A program made the translations under genes and the position numbers. The notes under the pieces were generated by a model that was given only the letters and a program-made list of their open reading frames with translations, was not told where the DNA came from and ran no database searches. This document shows positions 28,471 through 36,789 of a stretch of DNA of 64,000 nt, one piece after another; the stretch's first letter is position 1; every line of letters begins with the position of its first letter. Source of the DNA: Candidatus Omnitrophota bacterium (GTDB lineage: Bacteria; Omnitrophota; Omnitrophia; Omnitrophales; JACROU01); NCBI GenBank assembly GCA_029261035.1, contig JAJDCD010000022.1, positions 16,063 to 80,062 of the forward strand. The letters run 5' to 3'.

Positions 28471-28560
28471 GCTCTATATCTAGGGGGATCAATGTGATCT
28501 AGATCACATTTTTAACCTTAGATCTTGTATACAATATTTTCTACCTACGATATATAGACA
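28471..28560 (+). promoter_or_regulatory. nrdD promoter: consensus CRP-type box plus NrdR-like boxes
   Basis: AATGTGATCTAGATCACATTT (core 28493-28508), TACAAT at 28530; NrdR-like 16-mers gctctatatctagggg (28471), accttagatcttgtat (28515) and ctacgatatatagaca (28545). Confidence 0.72.
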
Positions 28561-28581
28561 CTTTATTCCAAGGAGGGTTTT

Positions 28582-30612
28582 ATGGAGAAGATGTTTCCGG
28601 CTTGCCGAGTTGATGTTGTAAGAAAGAGAAGTGGAGAAACGGTTTCTTTTGATGCGGAAAGAATTAGAAATGCAATTTTAAAAGCAGGGCAAGCAGCCGG
28701 TGAATTTGAAGAGGATGATGCAAATCTCTTAACACTTCAAGTGATTAAAGTTTTAGAAAATAGGTATGATCGAGGAACGTTAGAGATTGAAGAAATTCAG
28801 GATATTGTAGAACAGGTTTTGATTTCAGCAAACTTTTTGAAGACAGCAAGAGCCTATATTGTTTATAGAGAACAACACAAAAATTTAAGAAGAGCAAAAA
28901 AGACAGTTGTGGATGTTGTTTCTTCTGTAAATGAATATTTAGATCGTTTGGATTGGCGTGTGAATGCAAATGCAAATCAAGGGTTTTCATTAGGAGGAAT
29001 GATTCTTAATATTTCGGGGAAAGTCGTGGCGAATTATTGGTTAAGTCATGTCTACCCTCAAGAGGTAGGAGAGGCGCATCGTCAAGCGGATATTCATATT
29101 CATGACTTGGATATGCTTTCGGGTTATTGTGCTGGATGGTCCTTGAGATTGTTGCTTGAAGAAGGTTTTAATGGAGTTCCAGGAAAAATTGAGTCTGGGC
29201 CACCAAAGCATCTTTCTTCTGTCGTTGGTCAGATGGTTAACTTTTTGGGGACATTGCAAAATGAATGGGCGGGAGCTCAGGCGTTTTCTTCGTTTGATAC
29301 TTACTTAGCTCCATATGTGCGTCAGGACCTTTTGACATACCCCGAAGTGAAACAGTGTGTTCAGGAGTTTATTTATAATTTAAATGTGCCTTCTCGTTGG
29401 GGGACTCAAACGCCTTTTACTAATGTTACTTTTGATTGGGTGTGTCCGGAAGATTTGAAAGACCAAGTGCCACAGATTGCAGGTGAGGAAATGCCGTTTA
29501 CCTATGGGGAACTGCAACCTGAGATGGATATGATTAATCGAGCTTATATTGATGTGATGTTGCAGGGAGATGCGAAAGGAAGAGTGTTTACGTTTCCTAT
29601 TCCTACATACAATATCACTAAAGATTTTGATTGGGATCATCCTAATTGCAATACTCTTTTTGAAATGACGGCCAAATATGGGCTTCCTTATTTTCAGAAT
29701 TTTTTAAATTCGGATATGCAGCCCAACCAAATTCGATCGATGTGTTGCCGTCTGCAATTGGATTTAAGAGAATTGTTGAAGCGTGGAAATGGTTTGTTTG
29801 GTTCTGCGGAACAAACAGGATCTATTGGAGTTGTAACGATTAATTGTGCTCGTCTTGGCTATTTGTATGCGGGTGATGAAAAAGCTTTGCTTAATAGAAT
29901 TGATGAACTTGCTTTATTGGCTAAGGAGAGTTTGGAAATTAAGAGAAAGGTGATTCAGCGTTATATTGATGCTGGACTTTTTCCTTATACCAAGCGTTAT
30001 TTAGGCACTTTGAGAAATCATTTTTCTACGATTGGGGTTAATGGAGTTAATGAATGTGTTCGGAATTTTACAGAAGGAAAACAAGATATCACGCACCCAG
30101 AAGGTCACGCTTTTTCAGTGAGGATATTAGAATCCATCAGAGAACGGCTGAAGCAGTTTCAAGAAGAGACGGGTAATTTATATAACTTAGAAGCGACACC
30201 CGCAGAAGGAACTACTTATCGTTTTGCTAAAGAAGATAAGAAGCGTTTTCCTGAAATTTTGCAGGCAGGCACCAAAGAGAGACCTTATTACACGAACTCA
30301 TCACAGCTGCCTGTTGGGTTTACAGATGATCCTTTTGAAGCCTTAGCGCAGCAAGATGAGCTTCAGACAAAATATACGGGTGGAACGGTACTTCATCTTT
30401 ATATGGGGGAACGTATTTCAAGTTCAGATTCTTGTAAGAAGTTAGTAAAACGAGTTCTTGAGACACATAGGTTGCCTTATATTACGATTTCGCCCACGTT
30501 TTCTGTATGTCCTAATCATGGATATTTGGAAGGGGAGCATAAGTATTGTCCTAAATGTGATATTGAAATTTTGAATCGTAAATCTCAATCGTCTGAACCG
30601 GTGACTGTATAA
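28582..30612 (+). CDS. nrdD: Class III ribonucleoside-triphosphate reductase, large fragment with ATP cone
   Basis: ATP cone VRKRSG..V.FD..RI, HIHDL, YCAGW, FTFPIPT, SMCCRL, NLEATPAE, CPNHGY..CPKC; lacks the glycyl loop. Confidence 0.93.
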   Translation: MEKMFPACRVDVVRKRSGETVSFDAERIRNAILKAGQAAGEFEEDDANLLTLQVIKVLENRYDRGTLEIEEIQDIVEQVLISANFLKTARAYIVYREQHKNLRRAKKTVVDVVSSVNEYLDRLDWRVNANANQGFSLGGMILNISGKVVANYWLSHVYPQEVGEAHRQADIHIHDLDMLSGYCAGWSLRLLLEEGFNGVPGKIESGPPKHLSSVVGQMVNFLGTLQNEWAGAQAFSSFDTYLAPYVRQDLLTYPEVKQCVQEFIYNLNVPSRWGTQTPFTNVTFDWVCPEDLKDQVPQIAGEEMPFTYGELQPEMDMINRAYIDVMLQGDAKGRVFTFPIPTYNITKDFDWDHPNCNTLFEMTAKYGLPYFQNFLNSDMQPNQIRSMCCRLQLDLRELLKRGNGLFGSAEQTGSIGVVTINCARLGYLYAGDEKALLNRIDELALLAKESLEIKRKVIQRYIDAGLFPYTKRYLGTLRNHFSTIGVNGVNECVRNFTEGKQDITHPEGHAFSVRILESIRERLKQFQEETGNLYNLEATPAEGTTYRFAKEDKKRFPEILQAGTKERPYYTNSSQLPVGFTDDPFEALAQQDELQTKYTGGTVLHLYMGERISSSDSCKKLVKRVLETHRLPYITISPTFSVCPNHGYLEGEHKYCPKCDIEILNRKSQSSEPVTV

Positions 30613-30636
30613 AGGTTGCCTTAAAAAGGAGGGGCT

Positions 30637-30798
30637 ATGAGCAAGGAAGCTAATCTTAAAGATGAAGAACGACAAGAGTGTGAAGTTTGGACAAGAGTGA
30701 TGGGGTACCATAGACCTGTTTCAGAGTATAACCTAGGAAAGAAAGGGGAGTACGATGAGAGGCAATGCTTTAGCGAACCTTGTGGAAAAAAGGAGTAG
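30637..30798 (+). CDS. Separate 53-aa glycyl-radical domain of the class III RNR (not in the ORF track)
   Basis: AGGAGG RBS; MSKEANLKDEERQECEVWTRVMGYHRPVSEYNLGKKGEYDERQCF...; RVMGY is the glycyl-radical motif. Confidence 0.88.
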   Translation: MSKEANLKDEERQECEVWTRVMGYHRPVSEYNLGKKGEYDERQCFSEPCGKKE

Positions 30799-31513
30799 TG
30801 TTTCTGTAGACAAAAATTGGTGTCGGCTTCCGGTGGGTGGGATTACCCCATTTACCACTATCGATTTCCCTAATCGTCTAGCAGCAGTAATTTATACCCA
30901 TGGTTGTTCTTGGAGTTGTCGGTATTGCCATAATGCAGAGTTGAGAGGCTCTTCGGATCACCCTTTCGATTTTGAGAAATTAATTCAATTTCTTGAAGAC
31001 AGAAAAGGGAAGTTGGATGGAGTTGTTTTCTCTGGAGGAGAACCTAGTATTCATGATTCTTTATCCACTTGGATGCGTTATGCAAAAACGCTTGGGTATG
31101 AAGTTGGGTTGCACACTAGCGGAATGTTTCCAGAGCGCTTAAAGAATTTGTTGCCTTTGTGTGATTGGGTGGGAATGGATATTAAAGCGCCTTTTAACAA
31201 TTATGATAAAGTTACGCTTGTTGAAGAAAGTGGCATTGAAGCGAAAAAAAGTGCGCGTTTACTTTTGGATAGTGGTGTAGATTATGAATTTAGAACAACA
31301 GTTCATCCAAATCTTCTTTCAGAGAATGATATTAAAAATATAGCTAGAGAGCTTGAGGAGATGGGTGCGAAACGTTTTGTAATTCAAGCTTTTCAGCCCG
31401 AAGGATGTGAGGATGAAGAGTTGAGCCAAGTGAAGATGCCGGTACCTATTATATCGGAAGAGCTTTATCATTTTTTAGATTGTAAGTTTGATTTTGTGGA
31501 TGTAAGGCAGTAG
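30755..31513 (+). CDS. nrdG: Anaerobic RNR activating radical SAM protein (true start may be GTG 30782)
   Basis: TTIDFP, GCSWSCRYCHN, GVVFSGGEP, YEFRTTV. Confidence 0.9.
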   Translation: MRGNALANLVEKRSSVSVDKNWCRLPVGGITPFTTIDFPNRLAAVIYTHGCSWSCRYCHNAELRGSSDHPFDFEKLIQFLEDRKGKLDGVVFSGGEPSIHDSLSTWMRYAKTLGYEVGLHTSGMFPERLKNLLPLCDWVGMDIKAPFNNYDKVTLVEESGIEAKKSARLLLDSGVDYEFRTTVHPNLLSENDIKNIARELEEMGAKRFVIQAFQPEGCEDEELSQVKMPVPIISEELYHFLDCKFDFVDVRQ

Positions 31514-31535
31514 TTTTTAATTTTAAAAATAAAAA

Positions 31536-31676
31536 TCTCCGATTTTAGTGACCTAAGACCCCTCAGGGTTATGGAAGCTAAAGCGTTTAGGGTTATTTGA
31601 GAAATCATTTAGCCTTCCGAAGATTTAAAGATCAGCCCAGTTAGGGATGATTTCTAAATCCGAATTGAGAAGGAGA
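31536..31676 (+). ncRNA. Moco/Wco riboswitch-like cis-regulatory RNA
   Basis: TCTCCGA..ACCTAAG..TATGG..AGGG..GAAA..GCCTTCCG..GAAGGAGA pattern upstream of moaA; P1 TCTCC/GGAGA overlaps the RBS region. Confidence 0.75.
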
Positions 31677-31681
31677 AGGAA

Positions 31682-32698
31682 ATGAACCATCAAGACTATC
31701 TTGTTGACTCATACGGTCGACGACTATCTTATCTTAGACTTTCATTAACCGAATTGTGTAATTTTCGTTGCATCTATTGCATGCCTGAAGAAGGTGTGCC
31801 TGTGGTGCCTCCCTCAAAATATCTAACCCGAGATGAAATCTTACGTTTTACTAAAATTATAGGCCGCTTAGGTGTTCACCGTATTCGATTAACCGGTGGA
31901 GAGCCTTTGTTGCGGGAAGATATTCTGGATATTGTCCGAGCTCTTAAAAGTATTGAGACCGTAAAAGAGCTTTCTTTAACAACCAACGCGAGCCGTTTGG
32001 GACCTCTCGTAAATTCTCTTAAAGAGGCGGGACTAGACCGGATTAATATTAGTTTGGATAGTCTAGACCCAGAGAGGTTTAAAGAAATCACCTTAAAGGA
32101 TGTTTATTATGAAGTGTTAGATGCTACTTTTTCTGCGCTTCGAGCAGGATTTCCAGTAAAACTCAACATGGTTGTTTTGAAAGGAATTAGCGATGAGGAG
32201 ATTCTAGAGTTTGCCAAGATGGCTTATGACTTTCCATTGGATGTTCGTTTCTTAGAGTTTATGCCTTTGTGTGGAACAGGTTGGAAACCAGAGTGGGTTC
32301 TTCCTATTGAACATGTTCGTCAAGTGATTCATCAGCATTTTGAGCTGACAGAGGAAAAGAATCGAAAGGACGATGTTGCTCAGAATTATATGATTCACGG
32401 AGGAAAGGGCAAGATTGGTTTAATTGCTTCTCTAACAGAATCTTTTTGTGACCAATGTTCTCGAATCCGTTTGAGTGCAGATGGAAGTCTTTACCCGTGC
32501 CTTTTTTCAGACAAAGAGGTGTCTGTTAAAGATTTGCTTCGCAGTCATGCATCCGATGAAGCAATTATTGAAGCGATTCGTTATGCGGCTTCGATTAAAC
32601 CTAAGGGCAATTGGTTTTATGAAAACAAATTTAATGAAAAAGAGTCTCCTATTGAACAATTACAGTCTCATCCAATGATTCGTTCTATAGGCGGATAA
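31682..32698 (+). CDS. moaA: GTP 3',8-cyclase
   Basis: YLRLSLTELCNFRCIYCMP, RLTGGEP, FCDQCSRIRL..PCL, C-terminal IGG. Confidence 0.96.
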   Translation: MNHQDYLVDSYGRRLSYLRLSLTELCNFRCIYCMPEEGVPVVPPSKYLTRDEILRFTKIIGRLGVHRIRLTGGEPLLREDILDIVRALKSIETVKELSLTTNASRLGPLVNSLKEAGLDRINISLDSLDPERFKEITLKDVYYEVLDATFSALRAGFPVKLNMVVLKGISDEEILEFAKMAYDFPLDVRFLEFMPLCGTGWKPEWVLPIEHVRQVIHQHFELTEEKNRKDDVAQNYMIHGGKGKIGLIASLTESFCDQCSRIRLSADGSLYPCLFSDKEVSVKDLLRSHASDEAIIEAIRYAASIKPKGNWFYENKFNEKESPIEQLQSHPMIRSIGG

Positions 32699-32711
32699 AA
32701 GGAGAGTATCA

Positions 32712-33614
32712 ATGAAGTCTGTTACAGAAAAAATAAATACGTTACGTATTGCAACAGCGACAAGTACTTTGGTAGCAAAACCAGAAACAATTGTGCGAAT
32801 GAAAGAGAATGATTTGCCAAAGAAAGATGTGTTGATTGTCGCTAGGGTTGCTGCTGTAAATGCGGTGAAGAAAACGCCAGATTTAATTCCTTACTGTCAT
32901 CCATTGCCAGTAGATTCAGTGAAGGTAGAGTTTGAAGTTAAAAGGGATAGCGTGATTGCAACAGTAACCGTTGAAGCGATTTGGAAGACAGGGGTAGAGA
33001 TAGAAGCTTTGGCCGGAGCTCAAATGGCAACGTTGACGATCTATGATATGTTGAAGCCTGTAGATAAAGAGATGGAAATAACGACGACTAAACTACTCAG
33101 TAAAAAAGGTGGAAAAACATCTTTTAATGAAAAATTGCCGGCTGGTTTTAAAGCAGCTGTAATCGTTAGTTCGGATGGTACTGCAAGTGGAAAGCGAGAG
33201 GATAAGTCAGGTAAAATAATCAAAGAACGTTTAGAGAGTTTTGGGATAGAACCTGCTTATGAGATTCTTCCAGATGAAAAAGAGTTGATACAGGCAAAGA
33301 TTAAAGAGCTTTGTGATGAGGGAGTTCTTCTTATTTTAACAACTGGAGGCACTGGATTGGGGCCTCGAGATGTAACTGTTGAAGCAACTCAAGAAATGAT
33401 TGATCGAGAAATTCCAGGAATCGTAGAAGCGGCACGGAGTTATGGTCAACAGAGAACGCCCTATGCGATGCTTTCCAGAGGATTGGCAGGACAAAGAGGG
33501 AATACGATTATCATTAATTTACCGGGTTCTTCAAATGGTGTTCGGGAAAGCTTGAATGCCATTTTTCCAGCGATTTTACATTCTTATAAAATGATGAAAG
33601 GCTTAGGTCATTAA
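32712..33614 (+). CDS. moaCB: Bifunctional MoaC-MoaB/MogA fusion
   Basis: LIPYCHP, TGVEIEAL and IYDMLK, followed by TTGGTGLGPRDVT and NLPGS. Confidence 0.92.
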   Translation: MKSVTEKINTLRIATATSTLVAKPETIVRMKENDLPKKDVLIVARVAAVNAVKKTPDLIPYCHPLPVDSVKVEFEVKRDSVIATVTVEAIWKTGVEIEALAGAQMATLTIYDMLKPVDKEMEITTTKLLSKKGGKTSFNEKLPAGFKAAVIVSSDGTASGKREDKSGKIIKERLESFGIEPAYEILPDEKELIQAKIKELCDEGVLLILTTGGTGLGPRDVTVEATQEMIDREIPGIVEAARSYGQQRTPYAMLSRGLAGQRGNTIIINLPGSSNGVRESLNAIFPAILHSYKMMKGLGH

Positions 33615-34345
33615 TGTTACCGGTTTATTTTTTTCTTATTGCTTTGTTTTATTCCATGGTTGGGTTTGGAGGAGGGTCTTCTTATATTGCGCTTCTCGCG
33701 TTGATGGGAATGCCTTACCAAACGATACCGCCTATTGCTTTAGTTTGTAATCTGATTGTAGTCGTGGGTGGCTGTTGGCATTTTTATCGAGCGGGTTATT
33801 TAAAATTAAAATTAATATTACCCTTTGTTTTACTCTCTATTCCGATGGCTTATTTAGGGGGTAGGATTCCAATTTCAAATACAGCTTTTTGTTTTGTTTT
33901 AGGGTTTTCTCTTTTGTGTGTTGCTATTCGGATGTTTGTGCCAGATAAATGGTTTGAAAATCCAAAAGAAATTTCATGGAAAGCAGCTTGGTTTCTAGGG
34001 GTTCCCATGGGAGGGTTTTTAGGTTTTTTGGCTGGATTGGTCGGTATTGGCGGGGGAATTTTATTGAGCCCACTTCTTTTGTTTTTGCGTTGGGGGCATG
34101 TTAAAGAGGTTGCTGCTACAGCCAGCTTTTTTATTTTAGTCAACTCTGCTTCAGGGTTGCTTGGGCAAATGCAAAAAGGGGGAGCTGATTTTAGTTTGCT
34201 TCTGCCTTTAGCTGTTGCTGTATTTTTAGGTGGGCAAATAGGTTCTCGTTTAGGGGCTTATCAACTGCCAAAATTACGTTTACAACAACTATTAGCTCTA
34301 CTGGTACTTTATATTTCAGTTCGATTGATAGGAATAGCCATATGA
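33614..34345 (+). CDS. TauE/SafE-family membrane protein
   Basis: VGFGGGSSY and GLVGIGGGILLSP repeats; multiple TM helices. Confidence 0.85.
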   Translation: MLPVYFFLIALFYSMVGFGGGSSYIALLALMGMPYQTIPPIALVCNLIVVVGGCWHFYRAGYLKLKLILPFVLLSIPMAYLGGRIPISNTAFCFVLGFSLLCVAIRMFVPDKWFENPKEISWKAAWFLGVPMGGFLGFLAGLVGIGGGILLSPLLLFLRWGHVKEVAATASFFILVNSASGLLGQMQKGGADFSLLLPLAVAVFLGGQIGSRLGAYQLPKLRLQQLLALLVLYISVRLIGIAI

Positions 34346-35562
34346 TTACTGTTAAACAAGCAAAACAATTAATACAAAAGAATGTACCTCAACCTTTGAG
34401 AAAAATAGTTTCACTGAAGGAAGCGTTAGGTTTGGTATTAGCAAAGGACATAAGCTCTCCATTTCCATTACCTTTATATGATAATTCTGCAATGGATGGT
34501 TTTGTTCTAAATAGTAAAAACACATTAACAGCGACGAAGTTAGCGCCTATTAAATTAAAGCTCGGATTACCTATTAAGGCAGGGGATACTAAAAGAAGAA
34601 TGCTAGATAAGTTTTCTGCGACACCTATTATGACAGGCGCTGTTATCCCGGGTGGAGCAGATACCGTGTTGATGAAAGAATATGCTGAAATAAAAGAGGG
34701 TTACTTAATTTTTAAAGCTCCTTATAAAAATAACAGACATATTCGTTATCGTGGAGAAGAGGTTGAAAAAGGAGAGGTACTTCTTAGTAAGAATGAAGTT
34801 ATTCATTCAGGAACCATGGGTGTGTTAGCTTCTATAGGGAAGGGGCAAGTTCCTATTTTTAAAGCGCCACAAATTTCGTTGATGGCAACAGGCACAGAGC
34901 TTGTATCTCCAGGGAAACCGCTACGTTTTGGTAAAATTTATGACAGTAATTCAACGATGATTCGGTCTGCCTTAAATCAAATGGGCATTCACTCTGTTGA
35001 TGTTACTCGAAGCAGTGACCGATTGGAGTTGTTAAATCAGCGGGTTAAACAAGCGCTTAATCAATCGGATATGTTAATTTTGATGGGGGGCGTTTCTGTA
35101 GGAGACTACGACTTTGTTAAAGATGTTTTAAATCATTTGGGAGTTAAGACGATTTTTTGGAAAGTGAGTCAAAAACCAGGAAAGCCTATTTATTTTGGAA
35201 AAAAGGGAAAGAAACTTATTTTTGGACTTCCGGGTAACCCAGCAAGTGTTTTTACCTGCTTTTATGAGTATGTGTATCCAGCAATTCGACAATGGATGGG
35301 ATTCTCTAAAACAGAATTACCCAAGAAAAAACTTTCATTAGGAACAGAAGTTAAAGGAGATCCATTTAAGACGATCTTTCTAAAAGGAAGGATTGTTGAA
35401 AATAAGGTTCAGCTCTTGTCGAAGCAAGGTTCTCATATGTTATCTTCTTTGGCTGATGCGCACTGTTTTATTGTGTTGCCTCCAAGGCAAAGAGTTTATA
35501 AAAAAAATGAGATTGTGGAAGTACATCAATTTTTTTCTGACGAGAGAGGAGTGTTACTATGA
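34342..35562 (+). CDS. moeA: Molybdopterin molybdotransferase
   Basis: SAMDGF, IMTGA.IP.GAD, TGTEL, GGVSVGDYD, KPGKP, GLPGNP. Confidence 0.94.
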   Translation: MITVKQAKQLIQKNVPQPLRKIVSLKEALGLVLAKDISSPFPLPLYDNSAMDGFVLNSKNTLTATKLAPIKLKLGLPIKAGDTKRRMLDKFSATPIMTGAVIPGGADTVLMKEYAEIKEGYLIFKAPYKNNRHIRYRGEEVEKGEVLLSKNEVIHSGTMGVLASIGKGQVPIFKAPQISLMATGTELVSPGKPLRFGKIYDSNSTMIRSALNQMGIHSVDVTRSSDRLELLNQRVKQALNQSDMLILMGGVSVGDYDFVKDVLNHLGVKTIFWKVSQKPGKPIYFGKKGKKLIFGLPGNPASVFTCFYEYVYPAIRQWMGFSKTELPKKKLSLGTEVKGDPFKTIFLKGRIVENKVQLLSKQGSHMLSSLADAHCFIVLPPRQRVYKKNEIVEVHQFFSDERGVLL

Positions 35563-35795
35563 CGGTTAAAGTTTTGTTTTTTGCAGGCCTCAAAGATTAT
35601 TTTGGAGAGTCCGAAAAGCAAGTGGAGATTAAGGAAAGCGTTACGGTAATTGATTTATGGAAGCGGCTATCTTCTTCGATAAACTCTGTTTCTGTTCCTC
35701 TTTTATTTGCTGTAAACGAAAATTACGTGAAGGGGAGTTATGTTTTAAAAGATAAAGATACCGTGGCTTTTATGACTCCGGTTGCGGGAGGATAG
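35559..35795 (+). CDS. moaD: Molybdopterin synthase sulfur carrier
   Basis: Ubiquitin-like, AVNENY, C-terminal PVAGG. Confidence 0.93.
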   Translation: MTVKVLFFAGLKDYFGESEKQVEIKESVTVIDLWKRLSSSINSVSVPLLFAVNENYVKGSYVLKDKDTVAFMTPVAGG

Positions 35796-35797
35796 AA

Positions 35798-36226
35798 ATG
35801 ATTACAGAACAGAGTATTGATTTAAATACATTTTTAGCTCATCAACCTGACACCTCTTGCGGTGGGGTGGCAACATTTACGGGCATTGTTCGAAACCATC
35901 ATAAGGGACGATCTGTTGAAAAGCTATACTATGAATGTTATACCTCGATGGCAGAGAAAGAGATGGGTCGGATTACTCAAGAAGTGAAGTTGGAATTTGG
36001 GGTTCATGAACTGAGGGTTCTTCACCGAGTTGGATGGCTGGATGTTGGTGAAGCGGCTATTGCTATTTGGGTGAGTGCGGCACATCGCAAAGAAGCTTTT
36101 AGTGCTTGCAGGGCAACGATTGATCGAATTAAAGCACGTGTACCTATTTGGAAGAAAGAAATTTATGTCGACGGAACAAGTGATTGGGTTCTGTGCACCC
36201 ATCAAGAGGTGGAAGTTTTATCATGA
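35798..36226 (+). CDS. moaE: Molybdopterin synthase catalytic subunit
   Basis: F.GIVRNH, HRVG.L.VGE, HRKEAF, PIWKKE. Confidence 0.94.
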   Translation: MITEQSIDLNTFLAHQPDTSCGGVATFTGIVRNHHKGRSVEKLYYECYTSMAEKEMGRITQEVKLEFGVHELRVLHRVGWLDVGEAAIAIWVSAAHRKEAFSACRATIDRIKARVPIWKKEIYVDGTSDWVLCTHQEVEVLS

Positions 36227-36789
36227 AGATCCAAGGGGTTGTTTTGGCGGGGGGGAGAAGTACTCGATTTGGTTCTGATAAGGCCCATGCAAAAATTGGA
36301 AGTATATCTTTAGCTCAAAAAGCGATAAACTTACTTAAAGATATAAATTTAAATCCTTTACTGGTTTCTAATAACGATCAAGACTTTTCGTATTTATCTT
36401 GTCCTGTGGTTGTGGATCAAATACCGAACCAAGGACCTTTGGGTGGGTTGCAAACCGCGTTAACCTTAACAGATGCAGATGCTGTTCTCGTTTTGGTTTG
36501 TGATATGCCCGGAGTTACAAACGAACTGTTGAACCACTTGTTAGAGGAGCATCATTTCTCTCAATTATTGACACACTTTGCTTTTGGGAGAGAGATGGAA
36601 CAGCCTTTTCCGGGTATCTATGATAAAAAACTATTGGATTTAGTTAATCAACAATTGAATCAAGGGAGGCGTTCTATGAAAGCGCTTTCAGAACAAGTGC
36701 AAAGTAAAAAAATAGTTCAGTTAGATCAAAATTTTGATTGTTTTGTTAATGTGAATACTCAGGAAGATTGGAATAAGAAAAATGAGTAA
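36223..36789 (+). CDS. mobA: Molybdenum cofactor guanylyltransferase
   Basis: VLAGGRSTRFGSDKA, GPLGG, CDMP, NVNT; ATGA overlap with the moaE stop. Confidence 0.92.
   Translation: MKIQGVVLAGGRSTRFGSDKAHAKIGSISLAQKAINLLKDINLNPLLVSNNDQDFSYLSCPVVVDQIPNQGPLGGLQTALTLTDADAVLVLVCDMPGVTNELLNHLLEEHHFSQLLTHFAFGREMEQPFPGIYDKKLLDLVNQQLNQGRRSMKALSEQVQSKKIVQLDQNFDCFVNVNTQEDWNKKNE

Noticed and set aside
30610-30640. nrdD as a pseudogene or a selenocysteine/readthrough case
   Set aside because: Two in-frame TAA (not TGA) stops and a dedicated RBS for the downstream peptide indicate a real split.
31547-31562. A fifth Crp box upstream of moaA (AGTGA-cctaag-...)
   Set aside because: The right half-site is missing, and the sequence is better explained as the P2 region of the Moco RNA.
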